A DNA stretch of 34,926 bases from a virus (Duplodnaviria; Caudoviricetes), in IMG/VR virus record IMGVR_UViG_3300037467_000443, positions 1 through 34,926 of that record; one strand, 5' to 3'. The number at the start of each line of letters is the position of its first letter. Positions within the stretch are counted from its first letter, which is position 1. Shown here piece after piece: positions 1 through 9,279 of this stretch. The notes under the pieces are model-generated. The model made no database searches and had not been told where the DNA came from. It was given only the letters and a program-made list of their open reading frames with translations. The position numbers and the translations under genes are program-made.

Positions 1-127
1 TGCATCCCAAAATGTCAGCGCTACGGGAGCCCGGAAATCCGAAGGCAAATCGTAAGCGTATTGACCAATCACCGTGCTGAACGTGTAAGTGCCCTGTAGG
101 GCCTGCCACGAATAATCACGGATAAGC
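1..127. repeat. Terminal direct repeat identical to 34800-34926 (circular assembly overlap)
   Basis: TGCATCCCAAAATG...CACGGATAAGC is identical at both ends. A gene reads in frame across the junction. Confidence 0.97.
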
Positions 128-261
128 TCTTTGCAGACTGCGGAAGCTGAACGCTTCAACAGAACGGCGTTGGCATCAGAGTTGCCAATGACGGTTTGTG
201 GAGCATCGTATAGAAGTTCTTCCGATGCCGCCTGACAGATGGAAAGCAGGGTCAAAGCCAT
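1..261 (-). CDS. Head-to-tail adaptor, 5' part (joins 34347-34799 across the origin; 237 aa total)
   Basis: ATG at 261 gives MALTLLSICQAASEELLYDAPQTVIGNSD...WQALQGTYTFSTVIGQYAYDLPSDF, in frame with ORF 34347..34871. It lies between the capsid cluster and the nozzle gene. Confidence 0.75.
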   Translation of the reverse strand, partial: MALTLLSICQAASEELLYDAPQTVIGNSDANAVLLKRSASAVCKELIRDYSWQALQGTYTFSTVIGQYAYDLPSDFRAPVALTFWDA

Positions 262-266
262 CTAGC

Positions 267-668
267 TTACTTCCCCGCTGGCTTCTTCGCTTTCGCTTCG
301 TCGGCAGTTGTTTCGAAGTTTGTCGCCATCTTGCGGGCAACTTCGGCTTCTACCTTGGCCTGCAACTCTAGTTCTCGGGTCGTTTCACGTGCCTTGAAAT
401 CCTTGTAGTCGGAAAAGGTATCAGGGAAACGTGCAGTCAGTTCGAACCAATCTTTTGAGGAAAGCTTTGATTCAACAGCCCATGTGTACGAAGAGTCACG
501 GCTTGGCGGTTCAGAAGCTTCAATCTTGTGTTCGATTGCCGGAAGCCATGTGCCATCCGCCATCTTCATTTCAATCATTCTGCCCGAGACAAAACGGTTA
601 TCTTTCGGGTCACGCTTATCCGTGGCCTGCTTCCAACCGGTCACCGGCCTAGTTTCATAATTGTGCAA
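267..668 (-). CDS. Hypothetical protein downstream of capsid genes
   Basis: 133 aa ORF with TTG start and GGAG RBS, in the late operon. Confidence 0.6.
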   Translation of the reverse strand: MHNYETRPVTGWKQATDKRDPKDNRFVSGRMIEMKMADGTWLPAIEHKIEASEPPSRDSSYTWAVESKLSSKDWFELTARFPDTFSDYKDFKARETTRELELQAKVEAEVARKMATNFETTADEAKAKKPAGK

Positions 669-697
669 ATTTAATTCTCCTATTGAATTTTACGTAT

Positions 698-732
698 AAA
701 AATGGGGCATCTGCGGTTAAACAGACGCCCCA
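698..732 (-). terminator. Rho-independent terminator after capsid/cement genes
   Basis: TGGGGCGTCTG/CAGATGCCCCA stem (one G-U on minus strand) followed by a T tract. Confidence 0.75.
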
Positions 733-766
733 CATTGCTAGTATTTAGGCTTTCTACAAAGTAGGC

Positions 767-1045
767 TTACTGAGTATCGTTGGCTGTCTTGAACACCCAA
801 CCATACTGGTTGGCAGGAATGCCAACCGTGCTGGTTGTGAAGTTGCCGTTGGCATTCGTAAGGGTGTTGAAGTTGCTGAACACTTTAACAACCGTAGTTG
901 CCGCAATGTCCGAACCACCACCATTCTTCACGTAATACCAGTTCCTAGCAGAGTCACCCTGAACTTTCGTTCCAAGGGTGAACTGCGAAGTGGCTGATGT
1001 TGCGGTAAGATCGATACCGATTTTTCCGTCTGTTACATATGGCAT
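767..1045 (-). CDS. Capsid cement/decoration protein
   Basis: 92 aa Thr/Gly-rich beta protein (LGTKVQG..WYYVK..NQYGW) directly after the major capsid gene, with a strong RBS. Confidence 0.65.
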   Translation of the reverse strand: MPYVTDGKIGIDLTATSATSQFTLGTKVQGDSARNWYYVKNGGGSDIAATTVVKVFSNFNTLTNANGNFTTSTVGIPANQYGWVFKTANDTQ

Positions 1046-1066
1046 ATTCTTATAATTCTCCTAAAA

Positions 1067-2026
1067 TTAAAGTACGATAACCGCTTGATAACGGCGACCG
1101 GAAGTTGTCAGATTGCCAGCGAACTTGATCAAGTTGGCGTATGCATCTTGGTTCGAAATTTCCTTGTTCTTAGAAACAATAAAGTTCGCCTTTGAGCTTG
1201 GACGCCAGTGCAGGAAGTTAGTGTTCAAAAGGTACATACGAGTTGCGGAGCAAGCGAGGTCTGGCTTAACAACTGCGTTCTTGTAACGATATCCACCAAA
1301 ACCAGCCTGTGCCGCATCAGCAACGCCAATAAAGCGCTGGTTAGCCTGCAAAGCAGTTTCGAAGTAACCGTAGAAGGTTGAACCAGCGATGATCAAATCG
1401 GGTTCTTCCGTGCCGAAGGTTGTGTTCAAGTACGCATCGTTCATCGCATTGATGATTGTTGATGCCGAAGCCGTCACGCTGTTGTTAGAGAAGTCGTAAA
1501 CGTAGTTCTTCCACCATGTCTGGACAGAAGAGTCGATACCACCAACTGTGCCTGTTCCGGTGTCGGAAACTAGGTGCTGTAGACCACCAATCGACTTACC
1601 GTTGTTTTCGGTATTCGAGTAGTACATAGCCGTTGCCACACCATTCATCATGGTAGCGGTAGCGGTATCAATACGGCTCTTGAAGAAGTCGTGGATGTTC
1701 GCCTTGCCGGTATGGATAACTTCGTCAATACCAGCGAAGGTAACTGGAATAGCTGCCTGTCTGATAGCGAAGTTGGCCGATGACAGGTATGGTGAGCCCG
1801 TCATGTCGATAGTTTCGTAACCAGCGTACCAGATAGTTGAGCCGGTTCCGGGGTATTTCACACCCTGAACGATTTCCACACCACCATCAAAGGTGTTGAC
1901 GTTCTTCTTTTTAGAAAGTTCCTTAAGAAGGGTATTTGAGTTGGTAACGTTGTCGGCTAGGTCTGCGGAGTAATTTGCAATTGTAGCTGAAAGCGCTTCC
2001 GAGTAATTTGAATTAGGCTGTGCCAA
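1067..2026 (-). CDS. Major capsid protein
   Basis: 319 aa, follows the scaffold. Motifs LADNVTNSNTLL, GGLQHLV, GTVGGID..WW.N and GNLTTS.R are typical of this podovirus capsid family. TTG start. Confidence 0.9.
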   Translation of the reverse strand: MAQPNSNYSEALSATIANYSADLADNVTNSNTLLKELSKKKNVNTFDGGVEIVQGVKYPGTGSTIWYAGYETIDMTGSPYLSSANFAIRQAAIPVTFAGIDEVIHTGKANIHDFFKSRIDTATATMMNGVATAMYYSNTENNGKSIGGLQHLVSDTGTGTVGGIDSSVQTWWKNYVYDFSNNSVTASASTIINAMNDAYLNTTFGTEEPDLIIAGSTFYGYFETALQANQRFIGVADAAQAGFGGYRYKNAVVKPDLACSATRMYLLNTNFLHWRPSSKANFIVSKNKEISNQDAYANLIKFAGNLTTSGRRYQAVIVL

Positions 2027-2069
2027 TTTAATATGTTCCCGTAAATTTTCTTGTTGTTAAAATCCGATT

Positions 2070-3152
2070 TTAGTTCAATCCAAACTGATCAAGGGCATTC
2101 GCAATATGGTCGTCTAGAGACATTTTTCCCGGTTGGGTTTTGCTACTTGAACCGGATGCCGGTTTGCGGGTAGCTGCCCTACGGGTCTTGTCTGCCTCTG
2201 CTTCTTGCAATTTCTTCGCTAGTTCTCTTTCGGTGATTTTGGCAGCGTTTTGACCCACCGCCATCTTGTATGAAAGATCGAACATTTTCTTTTCGTCCTG
2301 AATGTTTTCGAATTCAGGCGTACTAGCGATGATCCTTGCCATATCCTGCTTCAATTCATCATCAAAGTGTGGATACAGAAGGTTCCCATCAGCATCCTTC
2401 ATACTTGCGGCATTGCCTACAAAGTCATGGATACCTTTGGTGCGTTCAGCTTCGGCTTGCCGTTGTACGGCTTGCTCAAAGACTGCATATTTCTTTTCCA
2501 TTTCAGACAGTTTGTCTTGAAACTTCGAAACGGTAGGATCAATCCAAGTTTCTTCTTTCTTGGGCTGTTCCGCCTGTTTCTGGTCAAATAGCTGTTCTGG
2601 CTTGAGACCGGCTTGCTGCATGACAAACTTAACGTGCCCTACAGGGTCAGAGAGAATACCAGCGTAGCCTTGTACCAGTTGCCCGATGAAGTCGGGTTCT
2701 GATAGGCCGGACTGGCTCACCATCGCTTTGTAGTTGCTAAGTGTGCCTTCTACAGCTTCCCAGTTTTTGCGCTGGTCAGCGTATTTTTCACCTTGCTTGG
2801 TCAAACCACGTTCGTAGTCTTTCGACTGTTCCAACCATGCCTTCTTTGCGGCTTCTGGTAGAGTGTCGAAAACTTCCTTACGTTCTTTTGGCCAATTGGA
2901 CGGAGCGCTTAGAGTATCTTCCTGTTCGGTCGACTCCGTGCTTTCCGTTTCGTCACTGGCTTCTAACTTGGTTTCCTCCGGTATATCCGTTTCTTCAACA
3001 GACTCCGTTGGGGTAGTTTCGATAGCTGCTTTTTTGCTAGGTTCTACAATGAACTTGTCAATTGCGTCATCAATGTAATTGTCCAAAGTAGGCTTTACAT
3101 CCTGACCAGCATTGCCCTGTGAGCCGCTTTCAGTCGTCGTGTCTAGTGTCAT
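2070..3152 (-). CDS. Capsid scaffolding protein
   Basis: Acidic N-terminus, APSNW motif and coiled coil, directly upstream of the capsid gene. Confidence 0.8.
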   Translation of the reverse strand: MTLDTTTESGSQGNAGQDVKPTLDNYIDDAIDKFIVEPSKKAAIETTPTESVEETDIPEETKLEASDETESTESTEQEDTLSAPSNWPKERKEVFDTLPEAAKKAWLEQSKDYERGLTKQGEKYADQRKNWEAVEGTLSNYKAMVSQSGLSEPDFIGQLVQGYAGILSDPVGHVKFVMQQAGLKPEQLFDQKQAEQPKKEETWIDPTVSKFQDKLSEMEKKYAVFEQAVQRQAEAERTKGIHDFVGNAASMKDADGNLLYPHFDDELKQDMARIIASTPEFENIQDEKKMFDLSYKMAVGQNAAKITERELAKKLQEAEADKTRRAATRKPASGSSSKTQPGKMSLDDHIANALDQFGLN

Positions 3153-3195
3153 ATCGTTCCTATTTATCTTTCTAAAAATTTCAGTGTTTCAAAAT

Positions 3196-3657
3196 TCATT
3201 GCGAGTTGGAATCATCAAAGTAGATAGTTCCATCCGGGCCTATGAGCTTATCGCCAACCCACTTTGGCGCATTCTTCCCGGCAAATTTGGATTCGTTTGA
3301 AAAAGACTCGTGGTATGGAGTTTTCCAATAATCGGTGAAATGCAGTTTGCCGTCATTGGGATCAATCCCCGTTGTAGCTCTTTCATCACCAGTCATCAGA
3401 CCTTTGTAAAAACCCCGCATGTCGTAATCCTGTGGTTCTTTGGAATTCAGGTCATACGGGATTTGGTTCATATTCACCCAAGCTTGGAACTTCTTTTCGT
3501 CATTCGGTGACAGCTTGGTTGTGTAATCATCTTCCGTAATGCCCGGCTTCACAAACTTTGCGTTTCGGTCATAAGGGGAAGATGGCTGTTCGAACTCGGG
3601 AGTCGCCTTGGGTTTGTTCAGAGCCTCCACCAACATTTGGAAGGTGGATTTAGTCAT
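3196..3657 (-). CDS. Phage protein of unknown function (DYDMRGFY...HFTDYWKTPYHESFSNES)
   Basis: 153 aa ORF overlapping the upstream gene's stop, with an aromatic/His-rich motif block. Confidence 0.6.
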   Translation of the reverse strand: MTKSTFQMLVEALNKPKATPEFEQPSSPYDRNAKFVKPGITEDDYTTKLSPNDEKKFQAWVNMNQIPYDLNSKEPQDYDMRGFYKGLMTGDERATTGIDPNDGKLHFTDYWKTPYHESFSNESKFAGKNAPKWVGDKLIGPDGTIYFDDSNSQ

Positions 3658-3961
3658 GGTGATCTTCCCAACGAAGCCGCCTTAAATCAGCGCCTTTCCA
3701 CAAGTCGGATACCCGCTTCTTTTCCAGTTCCAACGTGTTGCCGAACGAGTCACCAACCTGAACAACATTGTGCTTTCGCTCATGGGCTTTCAGAGCCGCC
3801 CGAGACGAAATGATAGTGTTGTCAATTGGAGAGACGAATTCGGCTATGTCCGGCATGAAAGAAGGTGCTTCCGGAACCCATGACGAAGTGTCTTCATTAC
3901 AGAAGTTTCCATCGGCATCCACCATCCGGCCTAGCTTGGCATCATAGCGGTACTTGCTCAT
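3650..3961 (-). CDS. Small phage protein following the portal gene
   Basis: PDIAEFVSPIDNTIISSR...HERKHNVVQVG motif typical of post-portal genes; ATG overlaps the portal stop. Confidence 0.7.
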   Translation of the reverse strand: MSKYRYDAKLGRMVDADGNFCNEDTSSWVPEAPSFMPDIAEFVSPIDNTIISSRAALKAHERKHNVVQVGDSFGNTLELEKKRVSDLWKGADLRRLRWEDHHD

Positions 3962-6225
3962 TTAGAACCCCTTTGTGCCGCCACATAGTCTTGGAATGGA
4001 GCGGAGAAAGTTCCATCCGCTATCGCCCTGTCATATGCGGCTTTAAGTGGGTCTACGGCGTTCTCTGCTTGGTTCTGTTCAATCACCTTGGCCGTCTTCA
4101 ACTGAATTTCCAAACTCTTCAATTCAGCATCAGCCGCCTTGTTTGCACGGTCATCAGCCGATGAAGCGGCTTTCAATTGGAACTGTTGACGGTGCAATTC
4201 AACCTCTTGCTGCTTGATCGCCAGTTCGATGTTGGCCTTCTGAATCTCCATCTGCGAAATTTGCTGATGTTCCTGAACACGGATTTTTGCCAGTTCAAGT
4301 TCATGCTGCATCTTCAACTTTTCCAACTCCAACATCTGCGGGTCTGGCGCATTAGGTGATGGTGGTGGCGCTGGTGGCGTCTGAATCAACATGTCCATGG
4401 TGTGTTCAATGGTGTCTTCCATTGAACGGTCCACGTTGTATCCCTTGGTAAGGAACAGCATCAGTTCCTTGGCCAATGGACCGAAGATTTGCGGCGCTTG
4501 CTGAATGCCGGGAACCGCCGTCTGCATCTCTTGCGAAACCATCTGTGCGAATTCCATGCGGCGCTTTTTGTCAGCGTCCGTGTCTTCAAATGCGGTGATG
4601 TCGGTTTGCACGTTGATGGAATAGTTGCGGCGATCATCCGAACGGAGAATGCCGGACACGTCTTCCCATGTGACATCAGCGTTAGCCACTTGCTTCATCT
4701 GCTCGATCACTTCCGGTGGAGTGCCTTTCAGCGGGTCTTGCGGAAGCATCTGTGGCAGCGCTGCTTGGGCCTGTGCGGCCATAGCGGGGTTCTGTGCGGC
4801 TATCGCTTGCGCCTGTGGTGAGCTGGCCACGGCGGCAACCTGACTCTGTGCCTGTTGCGCCTGTGCGCCAGCGGCAAGCAGGGTACGGGCCTTGTCTCTC
4901 TGTTCAGCCGTTGGGAGCGGAATCCCGGTCATCACTTCAAGCTGTTCACGCTTGAAGTGTTCAGCGATGATTTCAGCCTTCATCCGCATTAGGTCACGGG
5001 TGAAGTCCTGAACTGCTTTCTGCTTAAGGCTGAAACGCTGAGTGCTGGCACGGGCTTTAATTTCCTGTGCCTCTGCGGTTGCGTATTCCTGCCCGTCACC
5101 GCCTCTCACAATGTCGGAAATGCCGGTAAGCTGGTAGATGTTCTGCAACAGCGTGTCGTGACGGGCCTGCAAGATCGGAATAGTTGCCGCAATCTGTGAC
5201 ACTGGAATTTGCATGAAGGCAGCGGACAAGCCTTTATCACCTACCGCACCATTGGTATTGATCGGCAAGAACTGCCCATCTTTCAAATTCCGAAGATTGG
5301 AAATTACATCAGCGTCTTGAATACCTTTGTCATACACACCGGCCCACTTCATTTGTTCCGTAAGTTCGGACATGCGGTATTCCAGATGGTCCAGTTCATT
5401 GGCCGCTTTCTGGTACATGATGAACTCTGGAACAGGTTCCAGAGAATCCGTAGTGGTCAAGCCATAGAGAACAGCGCAAGGGAAAAACCCTTGCTGATTG
5501 TAAGGATCATCATCGGAACCCAGAATTACCGGGCATCCTTCCGCCACATAGATTCTACGCTTTGAAGCCTTGTCCCAAACTTCCCATACAGGTGAACGCT
5601 TGGCGTCATCGTCTGGCATATCGGCATCTTTCGTGGCGTCCATATCCACAAAATTCAGCGATACTTGGTCTGCATAATCGGGGAACTGTGCTGCTACATC
5701 TTCTTTCGTGAAGAAGGTTCGTCTAGCTACCCAAGGAACATCAGACCAACGCTTTGCAGGACCATGGCGGAAGTCCATCCATCCGACATATACAGCCTTT
5801 ACCTCGTTCCTTTGGTCGGCAACTTCCAGTTCGATCCAGTTGACGCCACGGCCAACCAAAAGCATGTCCTGAACGGCTGCTTTGATGGAGTCGCTGAAAT
5901 CATACCCTTTCGAACATGACTTAAGCGCATTCTCCAATACAACCGCTGCGGTCTTTGAAATTTTTTCGTCCAGACCGGGCTTAGAAAATTCTCGCCTAAC
6001 ATCAGGGTTCCCAACCTTTGTGAACAGGTGGGATTGCATCGTGTCGGTATTTGACCAAAGGATGTTAAAATGGTTCGCCAAACTCTCTTCATGCGAAGTG
6101 TCGTCACGATACCTTGCAACAACCTGTTTAGCTCTTCCAAGAAACCGCTTATCTCGCTTCTTTGCGATGTCGAGTTGATTAAGCCAGTAATTGGACGGTG
6201 AACCCGCCTCTATATCTTTCTTCAA
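3958..6225 (-). CDS. Portal protein
   Basis: 755 aa after TerL. Motifs FNILWSN, W.DVPWVARR, VWEVWDK, GFFPC, IYQLTGISDIVRG and TAEAQEIK, plus a Q-rich C-terminal coiled coil. Confidence 0.92.
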   Translation of the reverse strand: MKKDIEAGSPSNYWLNQLDIAKKRDKRFLGRAKQVVARYRDDTSHEESLANHFNILWSNTDTMQSHLFTKVGNPDVRREFSKPGLDEKISKTAAVVLENALKSCSKGYDFSDSIKAAVQDMLLVGRGVNWIELEVADQRNEVKAVYVGWMDFRHGPAKRWSDVPWVARRTFFTKEDVAAQFPDYADQVSLNFVDMDATKDADMPDDDAKRSPVWEVWDKASKRRIYVAEGCPVILGSDDDPYNQQGFFPCAVLYGLTTTDSLEPVPEFIMYQKAANELDHLEYRMSELTEQMKWAGVYDKGIQDADVISNLRNLKDGQFLPINTNGAVGDKGLSAAFMQIPVSQIAATIPILQARHDTLLQNIYQLTGISDIVRGGDGQEYATAEAQEIKARASTQRFSLKQKAVQDFTRDLMRMKAEIIAEHFKREQLEVMTGIPLPTAEQRDKARTLLAAGAQAQQAQSQVAAVASSPQAQAIAAQNPAMAAQAQAALPQMLPQDPLKGTPPEVIEQMKQVANADVTWEDVSGILRSDDRRNYSINVQTDITAFEDTDADKKRRMEFAQMVSQEMQTAVPGIQQAPQIFGPLAKELMLFLTKGYNVDRSMEDTIEHTMDMLIQTPPAPPPSPNAPDPQMLELEKLKMQHELELAKIRVQEHQQISQMEIQKANIELAIKQQEVELHRQQFQLKAASSADDRANKAADAELKSLEIQLKTAKVIEQNQAENAVDPLKAAYDRAIADGTFSAPFQDYVAAQRGSK

Positions 6226-6243
6226 AATCCTTGTTTCCTGAAA

Positions 6244-7743
6244 TTAGATTTTTTTGTAAAAACGTGCTTTTTCTTGATCCCGTTCAATCTCACGTGACCA
6301 AGAATCCAAAGTTGGTTGTCTAACCCGTGGTTCCCGTGGCTTAGGCGCTGGCGCTGTCCAAGGTCTGGACATGCAGGCGTAGCGAACGGCATCCATCAAA
6401 TGGTCTTCACCATCCGTCACCATGTCTTCCGGATTGTTCGAGTCGTGCTGTTGAATCGGGAAGGTTCTGATGGTGTGTTCGCACGTGTCGAAAAAGTAGA
6501 TCATCGGCACGTCATTGAACCCACGCAAACGCTGGCGAAGCTCCATCCATCCACCACGGGCACCATCTCGGGCAATTCGGGTGTTGTCGGCTCTGCGGAA
6601 CCGGATTCCCTGTTCAGCCATCATTTCGGCTTCGGAAGGTCCGGATTTATGGGCGAATGCGGAAGGGTCTAGAACACGGTCATCAATGCGGGAACTGCCT
6701 TCTAGCTTCCCGATCTCTATGGCCACTTCCTTTGGTGTAAGCCGCACACCAACATTGTACTGCCACTTACCCTCTTTCTTGGCCAAGCCGTAGTATTCAC
6801 GGTAACAGACCATCGCACCTTTGGGGATGAATGTTCCGTCTGGCGTGTCACAGTCTTCCGAACACACGGCAAACCACAGATAGGCGAATGGCGATGAAAA
6901 GCCGGTGTCGCCAGCTAGAACTTTCGTCCAGTGAGCCGGGATAGCGAATGGCCTAATAACATGGGTCTTTTCCGAGAATTCGGGGAAGAACGCACCAGCC
7001 ACAACATTCCAGTCACCAAAACGCATGGCATTGACAAGTTCGTCCGAACCAAGACCCAAGAGCGAGTCAGCGTAGTTCGGGCTTTCCTTCATCAGAGTCG
7101 GATTGTCTTCCAACTTGGCCGGAATGAACTGGCGTCTAAAACCACCCTCTACCGGGTCCATCTGGCGGATTTGGCCGGGGTCAACTCCATCAACGAAGCC
7201 GCCTTTCAACCATTGGTGACCGATGCCACCGGGGTTGGATGAAAGCAGGATGCGAGGGAAACGACCTTGGTATTTCGCTGGAATGTCCAAGCCAGACATA
7301 CGGACACGAGAGCGAAGAATTTTGTACATCTTTTCCGAGAACGATGAAGCTTCATCGATCATCAGAACGTGCATTTCAACGGACAGGTAATTGGCTAGGC
7401 TGGATTCAAGCTGTAGGTGCGACAGGAAGATTTTGGAACCATTCCAGAAGCGAACTTCGTGTTCCACAATATCTACCAGCTTCGCTTTCACCCACTTGTT
7501 CAGTAGGGCACGGAAACCGGCTGGACCTTCCATGTGTGATTTTTTTAATTCATCGAAAGTTCGGCGGAACAAATAAATGTTGATGCCGGGAATTTCTATG
7601 GCCCAAGAAATGGCCGCAACACGCATCAAATAGGATTTGCCACCACCAACCGCTCCACCGTAAAGAATCTCGGTTGCCGGGGAGTCGAATGCTTCTGCCT
7701 GCTTTTGGTGTAGAGAAAGGTTTAGGTCTAGGTCTTTATTCAA
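6244..7743 (-). CDS. terL: Terminase large subunit
   Basis: Walker A GGAVGGGKS, Walker B LMIDEA, SSNPGG, and nuclease motifs AGDTG and EDHLMDAVRY. Confidence 0.95.
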   Translation of the reverse strand: MNKDLDLNLSLHQKQAEAFDSPATEILYGGAVGGGKSYLMRVAAISWAIEIPGINIYLFRRTFDELKKSHMEGPAGFRALLNKWVKAKLVDIVEHEVRFWNGSKIFLSHLQLESSLANYLSVEMHVLMIDEASSFSEKMYKILRSRVRMSGLDIPAKYQGRFPRILLSSNPGGIGHQWLKGGFVDGVDPGQIRQMDPVEGGFRRQFIPAKLEDNPTLMKESPNYADSLLGLGSDELVNAMRFGDWNVVAGAFFPEFSEKTHVIRPFAIPAHWTKVLAGDTGFSSPFAYLWFAVCSEDCDTPDGTFIPKGAMVCYREYYGLAKKEGKWQYNVGVRLTPKEVAIEIGKLEGSSRIDDRVLDPSAFAHKSGPSEAEMMAEQGIRFRRADNTRIARDGARGGWMELRQRLRGFNDVPMIYFFDTCEHTIRTFPIQQHDSNNPEDMVTDGEDHLMDAVRYACMSRPWTAPAPKPREPRVRQPTLDSWSREIERDQEKARFYKKI

Positions 7744-7767
7744 ATTTCAAAAATGCCTGTAAAAGGT

Positions 7768-7944
7768 TCATCTCTCCCATTCGTCATTCATCAATGCGGC
7801 TAGGTAGTCTGAAACTGCTTCGTTATAAATTTTAGAGGAGTCGGGGAATGGAAGAGCCCGGAGTTTGTCCAGCCGCTCCATCACATCATCCGACTCTAAT
7901 TGTTCCAAAAGGTCCAAATAGCGTCTGGCAACTTCACCAGCCAT
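7768..7944 (-). CDS. Small acidic hypothetical protein (58 aa, MAGEVARRYLDLL...)
   Basis: Read by hand; ATG overlaps the TerS stop (TAATG) and fills the gap to TerL. Confidence 0.55.
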   Translation of the reverse strand: MAGEVARRYLDLLEQLESDDVMERLDKLRALPFPDSSKIYNEAVSDYLAALMNDEWER

Positions 7945-8345
7945 TATTCGTCCTTCTTCAATGTGATGTTCACCGTGGGGATTATGCCATTGCCGGTGAT
8001 TTCCGTTTTATCGTTGTAGCGGCCTGCCAGACGATAAAGCTTGTCCTGTGCGGCTACCTTGTCGGCAGACTTGACCACTTTCCCATCAGCTTCCGCCAAG
8101 GCGATCTTGTATGTTTCGGCAAAGATCAATGACATGTCGAATTCAGCGGCATCCCACTTTTCTTTCAACCAAGCTTCCGCCAGTGGTTCTTTCAGGATTT
8201 TGCAGGCTGCTACAGCGGCGGCTTTGGGATTGTCGGGAGAGTATCCAGCCCGCATGGCGGCTTGTGCGCCGTTCATGTCCTTGACGTATTCAGCCAAAAA
8301 TTTCTTTTTCTTGCGGGAAAGGGTTCTCTTTTTAGGTGCCGCCAT
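7944..8345 (-). CDS. terS: Terminase small subunit
   Basis: LSRKKKKFLAEYVKDMNGAQAAMRAGYS is a Terminase_2-type HTH; it lies upstream of TerL. Confidence 0.9.
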   Translation of the reverse strand: MAAPKKRTLSRKKKKFLAEYVKDMNGAQAAMRAGYSPDNPKAAAVAACKILKEPLAEAWLKEKWDAAEFDMSLIFAETYKIALAEADGKVVKSADKVAAQDKLYRLAGRYNDKTEITGNGIIPTVNITLKKDE

Positions 8346-8562
8346 TCTCTTTCTTTTTTCTCCAATATTCCTTTTTCAACTCGCTTTGGAGTGTGCAGAA
8401 TTCCTTTGTGCGCTTTCTGCCAGTTCGTGACGCTGACATTTTGGCTCTGGTTTCTTCGCTCTTCGGCCTTTTGCCCGCTTCACTCATGGCCGCACGGGCT
8501 TCCGGTGAAAGGTATCTTGTCTTGGTCGCCTTTTCGGCTTCCGGGTTAATTTCGCTATCCAT
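8332..8562 (-). CDS. Stand-alone NUMOD3-repeat DNA-binding protein
   Basis: SPEARAAMSEAGK and SEETRAKMSASRTGRKRT repeats. The probable start is ATG 8562, just downstream of a TAAATA box. Confidence 0.6.
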   Translation of the reverse strand: MDSEINPEAEKATKTRYLSPEARAAMSEAGKRPKSEETRAKMSASRTGRKRTKEFCTLQSELKKEYWRKKKENGGT

Positions 8563-8576
8563 TTGTGTCTCTTGCG

Positions 8577-8582
8577 TATTTA
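8577..8582 (-). promoter_or_regulatory. TAAATA box (T4 late-promoter-like) heading the packaging/head operon; further copies at 742, 3161, 15601, 16697, 25114, 25249, 29112, 32305 (minus) and TATAAATA 9942-9949 (plus)
   Basis: Recurrent motif in intergenic positions, oriented towards downstream genes. Confidence 0.65.
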
Positions 8583-8794
8583 TGGTTTTGACCCTTTCTA
8601 GCAAAAAGGGTTGTTTCTTCGCTCTATTACTCCCAATATGTAACTTACCCTTCTATGTATAAAACAACAAAGGGTTGGTTGTTCAAAGTTGAACAAATAC
8701 TTTCCACCGGGACAAACTTTTTTTCAAAGAATCATCATTTTCTTTGATTGTTGGGATTGATTTTTTCTTCAAGTTGTTATACATAATAGCGTTA

Positions 8795-9265
8795 CAAGAA
8801 ATTCGGAACGTTGCTTTGTGCAGGTTCTTTTAGGGTAGGCGTCGGATTGTATCCAAGTGCGCCAGATCACAATTCCCTATCTCTATTGGTACATTCAGCC
8901 AGTCCGAATTTATAAAGGCAGGGGTAGAGCCTGCAACCTTACTTCTTGGGTTTCGTCGGGAAGTAAGACGGCGTTTCAATTTGGAAAAAGCTGGCGTAAA
9001 AGAGAGCATCCGCAAAACCCTCTCTTTCCTTTGGTTGCCTCACGAAACTGTGTCTAACGGACCTTAGTGCATACCAACGTTAGAAACACACTTAGGGCTA
9101 GTTTCTTCGGAATCAATGAATCCTGCACTTTTTGGATTTATCGATTCTGATGGCTAGCCCTAAGTGTATCTTCATACCAGTGCATCCCATCTAATGATGT
9201 AACTGGTTTCAATTAAAAATCACAAGAACATGGCCGTAGGCCAATCGATGCTTCGCATCGATCTA
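8795..9265 (+). ncRNA. Candidate large structured RNA (hairpin array 1)
   Basis: At least 8 stems, including 14 bp 9088-9101/9154-9167. Several mismatches are G-U on the plus strand, and there is no convincing ORF. Confidence 0.5.
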
Positions 9266-9279
9266 CTAATGAATCTTTT

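Noticed and set aside
1-127. Biological terminal repeat
   Set aside because: The 127 bp length matches a common assembler k-mer, and the repeat falls inside a gene; it is a circularisation overlap.
8795-9265. Group I/II intron, CRISPR array or tRNA cluster
   Set aside because: No interrupted gene, no recognisable intron core, no repeated units and no cloverleaf or T-loop motif.
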